From: an uncultured Eubacterium sp.
GTDB taxonomy: Bacteria > Bacillota > Clostridia > Lachnospirales > Lachnospiraceae
Assembly: GCA_900550135.1 (NCBI GenBank)
Contig: URQO01000005.1
Coordinates: forward strand, 925-64,924
Direction: 5' to 3'
DNA length: 64,000 bases
Shown: one piece after another, positions 1-9,286 of the stretch
Position numbering within the stretch: position 1 is the first letter of the stretch
How the letters are laid out: each line of letters starts with the position of its first letter
Made by a program: the position numbers and the translations under genes
Notes under the pieces: generated by a model
Databases searched by the model: none
What the model was told of the DNA's origin: nothing
What the model saw: only the letters and a program-made list of their open reading frames with translations

Positions 1-426
1 ACAACCGCCAATTACAGAATCAACAATACGCTGTGCTAAATCAATTTTAATACCCTCAAGATTTAAAACAACAGATTTACCATCTAATAATGTATCAATA
101 ATTTCTTTTGTTGTTTCATAATGTGTTGGCTTAATTACACAAACCTCCATCTCTTTTGCAGATGAGCCACGCATTGGAACAACTTTGCTGTTTCTTGAAC
201 TTCTGCTTCTGTTTGTGAAACTTTTACTACTTCTGGCTGAACTATGATGTTCAGGCTCTTCATGAGTAACTTTTTCCACAGGCTTTCTACGTGTTTGGGC
301 AATAGGCTCCTCTTCAACAGTTTCATCTATTTCTTCATCGTCATATTCATCATAGAATTCGTCATCATATTCATCATTGTAATCCATTGTAAATACACTT
401 TTAATTTTATCACTAAACTTTGACAT
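1..426 (-). CDS. sepF: Cell division protein SepF (3' end outside window)
   Basis: Manual translation from ATG at 426 (SD AGGAG): MSKFSDKIKSVFTMDYNDEYDDEF...ETTKEIIDTLLDGKSVVLNLEGIKIDLAQRIVDSVIGGC. Acidic linker plus SepF core; lies directly after yggS. Not in the ORF track. Confidence 0.9.
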   Translation of the reverse strand, partial: MSKFSDKIKSVFTMDYNDEYDDEFYDEYDDEEIDETVEEEPIAQTRRKPVEKVTHEEPEHHSSARSSKSFTNRSRSSRNSKVVPMRGSSAKEMEVCVIKPTHYETTKEIIDTLLDGKSVVLNLEGIKIDLAQRIVDSVIGGC

Positions 427-447
427 GTTTTCTCTCCTATAATTAAA

Positions 448-1152
448 TTATATATTGTAATTTCTTTCTCCGAAAATGCCTGTTCCAACACGAACCATTG
501 TAGCACCTTCTTCTATTGCTACCTGATAGTCACCGGTCATTCCCATTGAAAGCACATCCATACTAACATTATCAATGTTTTCCTCTCTTATGTCAACCGA
601 TAATTGTTTCAATTTCTTAAAATATTGTCTATTTGTCTCAGAATCAGACGTATATGGTGCAATTGTCATTAACCCTTGAATATGAACATGTTGAAGTTTG
701 CTTATTTCTTTAATTAAAGGTAATGTATCATGGACGGTTAAACCAAATTTGCTGTCTTCTTCTGCTACATTTACTTCAATAAGAATATTTGCAATCTCAT
801 TTTTCTTTGCAAATTCTGTTTCGATTTGATTTGCAAGACGTATTGAATCAACTGAATGTATCAATTTAACCTTTCCAACAAGATATTTAACTTTATTTCT
901 CTGCAAATGACCTATCATATGCCAGTTAATATTTTTTGGTAAAATATCATATTTTTCCGACATTTCCTGTACTTTATTTTCACCAAAATCTAATATACCT
1001 GAAGGAAGTGCTTCTTCAATATCAGTATAAGGTTTTGTTTTACTTACGGCAATTAAAGTAACTTCTTTTGGATCTCGCCCTACTTTTTCACAGGCTTTTA
1101 CAATATTATTTCTTACATTTTCAATGTTTTTTAGTATCATTCCTGTCACCAA
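448..1152 (-). CDS. yggS: PLP homeostasis protein YggS/YlmE
   Basis: AVSKT PLP-lysine motif, FGENKVQE, WHMIGHLQRNK, LSMGMTGDY, EEGATMVRVGTGIFG. Start could be ATG 1140. Confidence 0.95.
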   Translation of the reverse strand: MVTGMILKNIENVRNNIVKACEKVGRDPKEVTLIAVSKTKPYTDIEEALPSGILDFGENKVQEMSEKYDILPKNINWHMIGHLQRNKVKYLVGKVKLIHSVDSIRLANQIETEFAKKNEIANILIEVNVAEEDSKFGLTVHDTLPLIKEISKLQHVHIQGLMTIAPYTSDSETNRQYFKKLKQLSVDIREENIDNVSMDVLSMGMTGDYQVAIEEGATMVRVGTGIFGERNYNI

Positions 1153-1268
1153 TTAATTTGTTAAATAAACAATCCTTTCTATTAATTATGTTTTAATAAT
1201 ATATTTTTTCAAAATGAATATTTTATGATTTTTAAACGAAATATCATTTAATTATTAAAATGTATCTT

Positions 1269-2651
1269 TTATTGGAAAATGATTTGATTCTCTGAGACTT
1301 TTGTACCATCAAGTACAATTCTGTCATAAATTTCCAATCCATTAGTTTCGTTTTTAACTATATAATATTCATCTAAAGTATCTAAAATATTAATAATTTT
1401 AAAAACAGTATAGCCATTGTTTATGTTGTATACCCCAACAAAGTTTCGTGTTTTCTGAATAACATAATTCTCATTTGAGTTTGGTTTTGTGAGTACATCT
1501 CCTTCATTAAAACTTGCTTTTGACACATAATAATTATTTTTGTCAGAATATGCAATTGATGGATAATATATTTCAGATTTATTTCCTGATTTTTTCGTGT
1601 TTTTTAATGTAAAACCTATACTTGTACTGTCACCGCCTTTATTGCTATATTCTTTTGGAATAATATAAAGCTCACTGGATACAACAGATGATTTGGGAAT
1701 TTTAAGCCCTACTTTTGGAGTTTCTACTATTTCTATATCCAAAAATCTATCTGTTGCATATCGTACAACATATTTTGAAATAGTCACTACACCGTATGAG
1801 TTTCCATCTGCACCTCTAACGATTTTTAAATTTGCCGTTGTGGTCAGATTATCTTTCAAAAACTTAATAGTAATATTCTTTGTTTTTTTATATTTTTTTA
1901 CATCTTTTTTTGAAAACTTTAATGCAATACTCCACTCATCATCGTTAATTGCTTTATAAAGTGGTGTACCTTTTTCTATTTTGTCACCTGAGGCGAAGTG
2001 TGCTGAATTGTAATTGCTTTTATCAAAGTCAGACTGTTTGATTTCTTTAGGCTTTAAAGTTTCATAGTCATCTACTTTATATAAAACAATACCTGATACT
2101 TCAGCTTTTTTTATTGTAAAACGGTCACCATTTTTCTTTGCAATGTCCTGAAGAGAATTCATATTAATTAAATCAACAACAGTACCTTTAATTGTACTTT
2201 TGAAATCGTACAATTCACCAAAATTCATTTCATCAAAATTATTTGTATAATCTTTTAAAAGATTATACATTGTATTAAGGTTCTCTTCTGTTAATTTTGA
2301 ATTTTCCTTACTAGATTCAAGTAAAAGATTTGACAAATCTCCTGTTGAATCAATACTGTAAAGTGTAGTATTTTTTGAAATTCTTGATCCTTCTCTTACA
2401 AAATAATCAACATATCCTGCTTCCTTTGCATATTTGATAATTTCATCACGGATTGCGATTCCTTCATATGAATTGTCAATTTTTTTAGCATTACTACCTT
2501 CTGTAACTTCATAATATTTTGTACGTTCAGTTGTAATATATATAAATATATTGATAAACAAGTATATTAATATTAATCCAAATATAACAATTCCTGCATT
2601 TATATTTAAAAATCGTTTATGTTTAATATATGATTTTTTTTTGCTACTCAT
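1269..2651 (-). CDS. Single-pass membrane protein, HlyD/membrane-fusion-like, function unknown
   Basis: N-terminal TM helix, barrel-sandwich-like segments (AKEAGYVDYFVREGSRISK; KAEVSGIVLYKVD) flanking a helical region, GLKIPKSSV, C-terminal GLEIYDRIV. Confidence 0.6.
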   Translation of the reverse strand: MSSKKKSYIKHKRFLNINAGIVIFGLILIYLFINIFIYITTERTKYYEVTEGSNAKKIDNSYEGIAIRDEIIKYAKEAGYVDYFVREGSRISKNTTLYSIDSTGDLSNLLLESSKENSKLTEENLNTMYNLLKDYTNNFDEMNFGELYDFKSTIKGTVVDLINMNSLQDIAKKNGDRFTIKKAEVSGIVLYKVDDYETLKPKEIKQSDFDKSNYNSAHFASGDKIEKGTPLYKAINDDEWSIALKFSKKDVKKYKKTKNITIKFLKDNLTTTANLKIVRGADGNSYGVVTISKYVVRYATDRFLDIEIVETPKVGLKIPKSSVVSSELYIIPKEYSNKGGDSTSIGFTLKNTKKSGNKSEIYYPSIAYSDKNNYYVSKASFNEGDVLTKPNSNENYVIQKTRNFVGVYNINNGYTVFKIINILDTLDEYYIVKNETNGLEIYDRIVLDGTKVSENQIIFQ

Positions 2652-2708
2652 ATTTGCTCCTAATTCTGTAAATCATAATATATTATCATATCATTACATC
2701 ACATTTTA

Positions 2709-2737
2709 TTATCTTATATTTCGGCATATAAGTCAAA
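2709..2737 (-). promoter_or_regulatory. Putative sigma-A promoter for the HlyD-like/yggS/sepF unit
   Basis: Minus strand TTGACT-N17-GATAAT. Confidence 0.45.
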
Positions 2738-2782
2738 TTTATTTGTACATATTTTTAAATTTATTTGTACATATTTTTAAAT
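2735..2782. repeat. 22-bp direct tandem repeat (2.2 copies)
   Basis: AAATTTATTTGTACATATTTTT at 2735-2756 and 2757-2778, plus AAAT. Confidence 0.9.
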
Positions 2783-2874
2783 GCTTATCTACTTATATTT
2801 ATAAGTATTTATAAAAATAATTGTACTATTTAATTTTTTAGAAAAGTTATTTTATAATAAAATTGTTAAAATGT

Positions 2875-2904
2875 GTATTATTTATATATTTTCGGGAAAA
2901 TATA
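2875..2904 (+). promoter_or_regulatory. Putative forespore sigma (SigF/SigG-type) promoter
   Basis: GTATT-N15-GGAAAATATA upstream of the DUF378 gene. Confidence 0.4.
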
Positions 2905-2932
2905 TAAATAGAATGTTAAAGGAGGTTTATAT

Positions 2933-3145
2933 ATGAATTCAAAAGGATTTGACTATTTTGTTTTAACATTAGTTATTATAGGTGCTGTTAATTGGGGATT
3001 AATTGGATTTTTCAAATTTGACCTGGTTGCATTTCTTTTTGGACAAATGACATGGCTTTCAAGAGTTGTCTATGCAATTGTTGGATTATGTGGTCTTTAT
3101 ACTATCAGTATGTTTGGAAGAATATGTTCATTTAATGAAAAATAA
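2933..3145 (+). CDS. DUF378 small membrane protein (YuzA-like)
   Basis: LVIIGAVNWGLIGFFKFDLVAFLFG...RVVYAIVGLCGLY; strong SD AAAGGAGG. Confidence 0.9.
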   Translation: MNSKGFDYFVLTLVIIGAVNWGLIGFFKFDLVAFLFGQMTWLSRVVYAIVGLCGLYTISMFGRICSFNEK

Positions 3146-3174
3146 TAATTATGTTTAATTAAATTTTTATAAAG

Positions 3175-3205
3175 TAAAGGAACATCAATCAAAGATGTTC
3201 CTTTA
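3175..3205. terminator. Bidirectional intrinsic terminator between DUF378 and mgsA
   Basis: TAAAGGAACATC-aatcaaa-GATGTTCCTTTA between convergent genes. Confidence 0.8.
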
Positions 3206-3242
3206 TTCTTTAAAATATTAATAAAACTATTTTTTATAATAG

Positions 3243-3641
3243 TTAATTTTTGTAAATTTCACGCCATTCTAAATCCCCACGATTTAATGACTTAATAAGA
3301 AGCTCTGCTGTAGCAACATTTGTAGCAAGGGGAATATTGTGAATATCACAAAGTCTTACTGCCTTATGAATATCAGGTTCGTGTAATTTTGGATTCTCAG
3401 GGTCTCTTAAAAATATAAGCAAATCTAAATCGTTTTGTTCAATCTGTGAACACATCTGTTGTTCTCCACCTAAATGTCCGGCAAGATATTTATAAACATT
3501 CAGATTGGCTGCTTCTTCAATTAATCTACCTGTTGTACCTGTTGCAAACAATGAATGTTTACATAATATACCTCTGTATGCAATGCAAAAATTCTGCATA
3601 AGTTTTTTCTTAGAATCATGTGCAATAAAACCTATATTCAT
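3243..3641 (-). CDS. mgsA: Methylglyoxal synthase
   Basis: IAHDSKK, ATGTTG, CDIHNIPLATNVATA. Confidence 0.92.
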   Translation of the reverse strand: MNIGFIAHDSKKKLMQNFCIAYRGILCKHSLFATGTTGRLIEEAANLNVYKYLAGHLGGEQQMCSQIEQNDLDLLIFLRDPENPKLHEPDIHKAVRLCDIHNIPLATNVATAELLIKSLNRGDLEWREIYKN

Positions 3642-3678
3642 AAATATCCTCCTTTAGATGTAATTTTGCAAATCCAAA

Positions 3679-4821
3679 TTAAATCATTGCTTTATTTCGC
3701 TGTAATCCTATATTTAAAACAATACCCACACCACAATACATCATAATAAGCGATGTAAGTCCATAACTGACAAAGGGTAATGTTACCCCTGTATTAGGTA
3801 AAAGCATAGTTGCAACAGCAACATTTACAAATGATTGTACTCCTACCAGTACACCAAAACCAAAGCAAAACAGTTTTCCACTAAGGGTCGGCGCCCGTTG
3901 CCCTGTTATAAAGCATTCCAATACAATTAAAAATAATAATATAATAAGTGCTGCCGCTCCAATAAATCCTAATTCTTCACCTACAATTGTAAAGATAAAA
4001 TCTGTATGTGATTCCGAAATTAATTTACCATTTTTTACCGATGTAACGTCATTGTTATCAAGTCCTTTACCTGTAAGTCCTCCTGAACCTATAGCAAGTA
4101 GGGAATTTTCCTGCTGATATCTTAAATCTTTAGCTTTTTCATTATCTTCCTGGAAAAAACCTACAATACGATTGTACTGATATCCCTTTAGGACAACATT
4201 GCCCGGCTGAGCAACATAGTATCCAAGAATACATACTAAAGGAATTGCCACAATAAGAACCCCTGTAACAATCTTATGATGAATGCCCGATAGGAACATT
4301 ATAGCACAAAATGTCAGAAAAATAACTATTGTTGTTGATAAATCAGGTTCAATGAAAATCAATCCTAAAATTATACATGAAAAAACTACTGCACATGCTA
4401 AAGTTTTAAAAGTATTTAGCGTCTCATAATGCTTGTACAAATATGAGGCTAAAAAGATAATAATAAATATTTTTGCAACTTCAGATGGCTGAAACTGTGT
4501 AAATCCTAAATCAATCCATCTTTTAGCACCTTTGCTTACAGTACCTGCAACAATAACAAGGGCGAGAAGAACAATGGTAACTAAATAAATAACCATATAA
4601 AATTTAAACAAAAACTTGTAGCTTAATAATGTAAATATTATAAGAACTATAAGTCCTAAAGCAAAACCTATAATCTGTTTAAGCTGAAAATTTTCTCCTT
4701 CTGTTGCACTACCAATACAAAAAATTCCAATAAAGGTAGCTGCCAAAACATATATTATTAATCTGATATTTAAATTTGATAACTTATATCCTTTTATAAC
4801 ATTAAGTGCTTTTTTAAACAT
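3679..4821 (-). CDS. rodA: SEDS family peptidoglycan glycosyltransferase (RodA)
   Basis: GAKRWI, QPSEVAKI, EPDL, HTDFIF, GEELGF, LPFVSYG; in mreBCD-pbp2 operon. Confidence 0.85.
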   Translation of the reverse strand: MFKKALNVIKGYKLSNLNIRLIIYVLAATFIGIFCIGSATEGENFQLKQIIGFALGLIVLIIFTLLSYKFLFKFYMVIYLVTIVLLALVIVAGTVSKGAKRWIDLGFTQFQPSEVAKIFIIIFLASYLYKHYETLNTFKTLACAVVFSCIILGLIFIEPDLSTTIVIFLTFCAIMFLSGIHHKIVTGVLIVAIPLVCILGYYVAQPGNVVLKGYQYNRIVGFFQEDNEKAKDLRYQQENSLLAIGSGGLTGKGLDNNDVTSVKNGKLISESHTDFIFTIVGEELGFIGAAALIILLFLIVLECFITGQRAPTLSGKLFCFGFGVLVGVQSFVNVAVATMLLPNTGVTLPFVSYGLTSLIMMYCGVGIVLNIGLQRNKAMI

Positions 4822-5072
4822 TAAATTTTAACCTCTTTTATTGGTATATTAGCCATTAAACATGGTCCCTTTTCATGATGTATTTCAACAATACAATGTT
4901 CCACGTCAATTTCTATGTATTTTGAAATAGCATTCACCAAGTCATGCTTTATTGCCTCAGTTGTGTATGGATTACATCCAATTCTGTCTGTAACTAATAA
5001 AATTTCTAAACGTTCTTTTGCAATTTTACTTGAACGTTTTTTCCTAAATAATCTGTGAAATATCATTTCCAT
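4821..5072 (-). CDS. minE: Cell division topological specificity factor MinE
   Basis: SSKIAKERLEILLVTDR, ISKYIEID, ANIPIK; follows minD. Confidence 0.85.
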   Translation of the reverse strand: MEMIFHRLFRKKRSSKIAKERLEILLVTDRIGCNPYTTEAIKHDLVNAISKYIEIDVEHCIVEIHHEKGPCLMANIPIKEVKI

Positions 5073-5857
5073 ACCCCCTTTGTAAAAAAGTTTTTAAAGA
5101 ATAACAAAGAAAATTTACCGGTATTTTCGTTTTTAGAAAAAGTTCCATTTAATTTTTCTGCTATTTCTTTTATTGCTCTGCCTGACTGTGTATTTGTATT
5201 TACAATTGCCTCACCTCTGTTAGTTGCAATAACAATATTTACATCATCATTGACACAGCCAATAATGTCAATTCCAAGTATTTCATTAACATCTTCAGCT
5301 GACATCATATCACCTTTTTTTATAAGCTCAGGTCTTAATTTGTTAACTAAAAGATATATATTTGAAATACCATCTCTTTCCAATAAACCTATAATTCTGT
5401 CAGCATCTCTTATTGCTGATACTTCAGGTGTTGTAACAACAATTGCTTTTGTAGCTCCTGCTATGGCGTTTCTAAATCCCTGCTCTATTCCAGCCGGACA
5501 GTCAATTAAAACATAATCAAATTCTTCTTTTAAACAGTCGGTCAAACCAATCATTTGTTCCGGTGTTACAGAATCCTTATCCTTTGACTGTGCACTAGGA
5601 AGCAAAAATAAATTGTTATAGCGTCTGTCTTTAATAACTGCCTGCTTTAATCTACAGTTTCCTTCTAAAACATCCACCAAATTATAAACAATCTGATTTT
5701 CAAGTCCCATTACAACGTCAAGATTTCTTAAGCCAATATCTGTATCAATGGCAATTACACTTTTTCCCATTTGAGATAATGCAATGCCTAAATTGGCTGT
5801 TAAAGTGGTTTTTCCTACACCACCTTTTCCTGAAGTTATTACTATTACTTCTCCCAT
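5063..5857 (-). CDS. minD: Septum site-determining ATPase MinD
   Basis: SGKGGVGKTT, DIGLRNLD, DCPAGIE, TPEVSAIRDADR, C-terminal amphipathic helix. Confidence 0.96.
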   Translation of the reverse strand: MGEVIVITSGKGGVGKTTLTANLGIALSQMGKSVIAIDTDIGLRNLDVVMGLENQIVYNLVDVLEGNCRLKQAVIKDRRYNNLFLLPSAQSKDKDSVTPEQMIGLTDCLKEEFDYVLIDCPAGIEQGFRNAIAGATKAIVVTTPEVSAIRDADRIIGLLERDGISNIYLLVNKLRPELIKKGDMMSAEDVNEILGIDIIGCVNDDVNIVIATNRGEAIVNTNTQSGRAIKEIAEKLNGTFSKNENTGKFSLLFFKNFFTKGVWK

Positions 5858-5925
5858 ATTCCCTCCTAAAATAAAATGATTTGCTATCTTTTGTACTTTA
5901 TTTGGGAATGAAAAACATTATCAAA

Positions 5926-8751
5926 TTAATCGTGTGTAACTTTTCTTGAACTGTCTACCTTAACAGCTTTCTTTAAATCTTTATCTGTTAATTCACCATA
6001 ATAATACTGAATACATGTTTTTGCAAGTTCAGCAGAATCATGAGATGAATCACCAAAAGGAATTACAGTTGAAATTGCAATCTTTGGATTGTCATATGGA
6101 GCATACGCCACAAATAATGAATGGGAGTTCCTATGAGTATTTTCCTGAGCTGTACCTGATTTACCGGCAATTGCAATCTTTGTGTCGGTAAAATAATTTC
6201 TAACTGTACCTTGTGTTACAACCATACGCATACCTGTGTGTATAGCATTCCATATTGTAGATGAAGCTTCAACGGTATTGTGTAACTTTGCTTTATTTTT
6301 GTAAACAAGTTTACCATTTCTAGAATTAACTTTATCCAGCAATGTAAGACTATAGTTTTTACCACCATTGGCAATTGTTGATGTGTATCTTGCCAACTGG
6401 GCAGGTGTATATGCGTTACTACCCTGTCCAATAGCAGAATGGACTGCACTTTCTGTAGAAAAATGTGGATCACGTTCTGTTATTTCAACACCGGATTTCA
6501 TATTTAATCCTAATTGAGTAGCATAGTTTTCAATTTTTTCAAGACCTACAGCACTATCATATGCTGTGTTGTTAGATTTTCCAAGTCTATAACCCATTTC
6601 ATAGAAAAAGTAGTTACATGAATCAGCTAAAGCCTGAGAAACATTAATACTTCCATGAGTTGCCTGTGGATAAATCCAACATTTTGGTGATGGTGTAATC
6701 TTTTTAAATTTACCCTGATCAGTTACAGTTTCACCTGCGCTTACAACTCCTTCTTTCATAGCTGTCATGGAGGTACACATTTTAAATGTTGAACCGGGAG
6801 CTGTTGCACCTTGAGTTGCACGATTATAAAGTGGATCTGACTGATCTTCAATCAATTTTTCCCAATAATCTGAATCAACAGAACCTGACAACTGGTTATT
6901 GTCATAACTTGGATAAGTAACCATTGCTTTAACCTTTCCATTGTTTGGATCAGTAATAACAACTGAACCTGAACATGGATCTAAAGCAATCTGTGCCGGC
7001 GTAATCTCTAGTTTTTTTATTTTGTTTACTATAAATATATATGTCTGATATGAATCATGGGCAGAAAGTGTATTATACGCACTTTCGTCTTTTTTTAAAA
7101 CACCCTGATCATATAATAACATACATATTTCACTACCGGAAATTGTTGAATCTAAAATCCTATACTTAACAACAAGTTTTCCAAAGGATGTATTTTTCTT
7201 AATATCGCTTATAATATGTTTGCGAATCAAATCATATGTTTCGTCAGTTGACACATATGAATCTGTTGTATCTAAATTATCAAGACTAATCCAGTTCATT
7301 TTGATGGCATATTTTATAAAATCATTAATACTTAAATCACCATCAACATATTTTAAGTATGTTTTATCTTTAGTGTCAATTAATGAAGATATTAAAATAC
7401 CATCATTTTTTAATAAATCATATATATAATCACAATAATCCTGGTATTCATCTTTAAAGTCGTTATATTTTGTTCCGCTTCCACTTAATTCACTGTTTAG
7501 TTTGTTTGTAGCATCTTTTACTGCACTTTTGTATTTATTATAAATATTTTCTTCGTTGGCAGTTGTTTTTTTTGAAAGATGTTTTAGGCTTACTACATTG
7601 TTTGTAACAAGCTGTGAATATACTTTCTTTACCGGAATACGATGAATGTTATCATCTGTTTCCTTGCTTTCATCTATATCATAATTTACGATTTCTGAAA
7701 CTAAAATTGAGGTTATACGTTTTTCCAACATAGTATACACAGCCTTTTGAAGCTTGGAATCAATTGTAAGATAAACATCATTGCCGGCTGCAGAATCTTT
7801 CTTGGAAATAGTTGATAAAACTTTTCCTGTATTGTCAACAAAGATTTTTTCTTCACCTCTTGTTCCCTGTAAATAATCTTCAAGGGATGATTCCAATCCC
7901 GATTTACCAACAACATCACTTGCAATATAATTTTTACCTGCTGCATTATACTCTTCTAACTGCGCGTCAGAAATTGTACCTGTATAACCGATAATTGGAG
8001 CAAAATATTGACTGTTATTGTATTTTCTAATTGTAGTTTCTTCTACTGTAACACCTGTTAAATCAGCTTCATTTTCATTTATGGCAACCATAGTTGCGTT
8101 TGAAACATCAGTTGCTATTGTAACGCCTAAATATCTTTGGGATGAAATTGCATAAACATTATATCTTACAGAAATAATTTTAAGTAACATTTCATCGTCT
8201 ACATTCTGTTCAATCTGAAAAAAATCATTTTTTAAATAGTTGATTACTTCACCAGCCGAAGCATTGGAATAATCATGCTCTTTAACTTTTAATGTGTCAC
8301 CGAAAATATTTTTTAAAAATCTTGTTTTTGCTGTATCTGAGGTAAAATTATACTCCCATTTTCCATCTGAATTTAAGATAATTGGAAAATCTACGGATAC
8401 TTTATCCTTATTGGATTCAATTATCTGAATTGCTTTATAAACGATAGCATTTAACTGACTGTTTTTTTCATCTGAACTGTCTAACTTATCTTCAATTCTT
8501 ACTGCATAAGCAAGTTCATCATATGCTAATACTTTTCCTTTTGCATCAAGTATTCTTCCACGTGTACCTGATGTGTAAATGGTCTTTTCAGCTTTTTGAA
8601 TATAAGTGCTCATATAATAATTCTCATTTACAATCTGTAAATCAAAAATTCTAAATATTAAAGTTGTAAATAAAGCAATTATTATTAAACTGATAATAAA
8701 TATTCTTGATTTTATTGTTTTTAAAACTGTATATAAAAAATCACTTATCAA
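5926..8751 (-). CDS. mrdA: Class B penicillin-binding protein (PBP2/MrdA-like) with large insert
   Basis: N-terminal TM, RGRILD, GKSGLE, transpeptidase motifs STFK, SCN, KSGT; directly after mreD. Confidence 0.85.
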   Translation of the reverse strand: MISDFLYTVLKTIKSRIFIISLIIIALFTTLIFRIFDLQIVNENYYMSTYIQKAEKTIYTSGTRGRILDAKGKVLAYDELAYAVRIEDKLDSSDEKNSQLNAIVYKAIQIIESNKDKVSVDFPIILNSDGKWEYNFTSDTAKTRFLKNIFGDTLKVKEHDYSNASAGEVINYLKNDFFQIEQNVDDEMLLKIISVRYNVYAISSQRYLGVTIATDVSNATMVAINENEADLTGVTVEETTIRKYNNSQYFAPIIGYTGTISDAQLEEYNAAGKNYIASDVVGKSGLESSLEDYLQGTRGEEKIFVDNTGKVLSTISKKDSAAGNDVYLTIDSKLQKAVYTMLEKRITSILVSEIVNYDIDESKETDDNIHRIPVKKVYSQLVTNNVVSLKHLSKKTTANEENIYNKYKSAVKDATNKLNSELSGSGTKYNDFKDEYQDYCDYIYDLLKNDGILISSLIDTKDKTYLKYVDGDLSINDFIKYAIKMNWISLDNLDTTDSYVSTDETYDLIRKHIISDIKKNTSFGKLVVKYRILDSTISGSEICMLLYDQGVLKKDESAYNTLSAHDSYQTYIFIVNKIKKLEITPAQIALDPCSGSVVITDPNNGKVKAMVTYPSYDNNQLSGSVDSDYWEKLIEDQSDPLYNRATQGATAPGSTFKMCTSMTAMKEGVVSAGETVTDQGKFKKITPSPKCWIYPQATHGSINVSQALADSCNYFFYEMGYRLGKSNNTAYDSAVGLEKIENYATQLGLNMKSGVEITERDPHFSTESAVHSAIGQGSNAYTPAQLARYTSTIANGGKNYSLTLLDKVNSRNGKLVYKNKAKLHNTVEASSTIWNAIHTGMRMVVTQGTVRNYFTDTKIAIAGKSGTAQENTHRNSHSLFVAYAPYDNPKIAISTVIPFGDSSHDSAELAKTCIQYYYGELTDKDLKKAVKVDSSRKVTHD

Positions 8752-9274
8752 AACTTAATGTACTCTCCTGTTTTATTGTTAATACTTTTTCATTTAAAAT
8801 ATAAAATAGTTTGTAAAAAATAAATGCAATAAATGTAGTTGCAATCATTTCAGGCAGCATGATTGTTTCAAAATAAAATGAAAAATCAAGCTTGTTTCTA
8901 AGAACAAATCTAAATGTATAAAGCAATAAATTAAAAATCAAATCGTTTGTAAATACCAAAATCATCGGCATAAAAACGTGATCGCTATAAAACATTTTTT
9001 TGAAAAGTCCTGAGAAAAATCCTATATACATATATAATAATGCATAGAGTCCTATTACATCTCCAAAAAATATATCTACAAGTAAGCCACAAATCAAACC
9101 TGTTACACTTCCATAATTACAACCACGCATAAAACCGAATATGCATGTAACAAATAGTAAAAGGTTTGGTGGTGCAACTCTATTGTATACACCTAAGGAT
9201 AATTCACTTTGAAATACAAATGCAATTATAATAATTATTGCTGTTATGAAAATTTTTTTAATTCTATGTTTCAT
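8741..9274 (-). CDS. mreD: Rod shape-determining protein MreD
   Basis: Hydrophobic 177 aa, PNLLL, GLLVD; position after mreC. Confidence 0.9.
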   Translation of the reverse strand: MKHRIKKIFITAIIIIIAFVFQSELSLGVYNRVAPPNLLLFVTCIFGFMRGCNYGSVTGLICGLLVDIFFGDVIGLYALLYMYIGFFSGLFKKMFYSDHVFMPMILVFTNDLIFNLLLYTFRFVLRNKLDFSFYFETIMLPEMIATTFIAFIFYKLFYILNEKVLTIKQESTLSFDK

Positions 9275-9286
9275 AGAAAACCTCTA

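Noticed and set aside
135..326. 63-aa minus-strand ORF
   Set aside because: Alternate frame inside sepF
2735..2782. Tandem repeat as a mini CRISPR array
   Set aside because: No spacers, only two units, no cas genes
2551..2814. 87-aa plus-strand ORF spanning the 22-bp repeat
   Set aside because: Low-complexity AT-rich translation overlapping a real gene start; no SD
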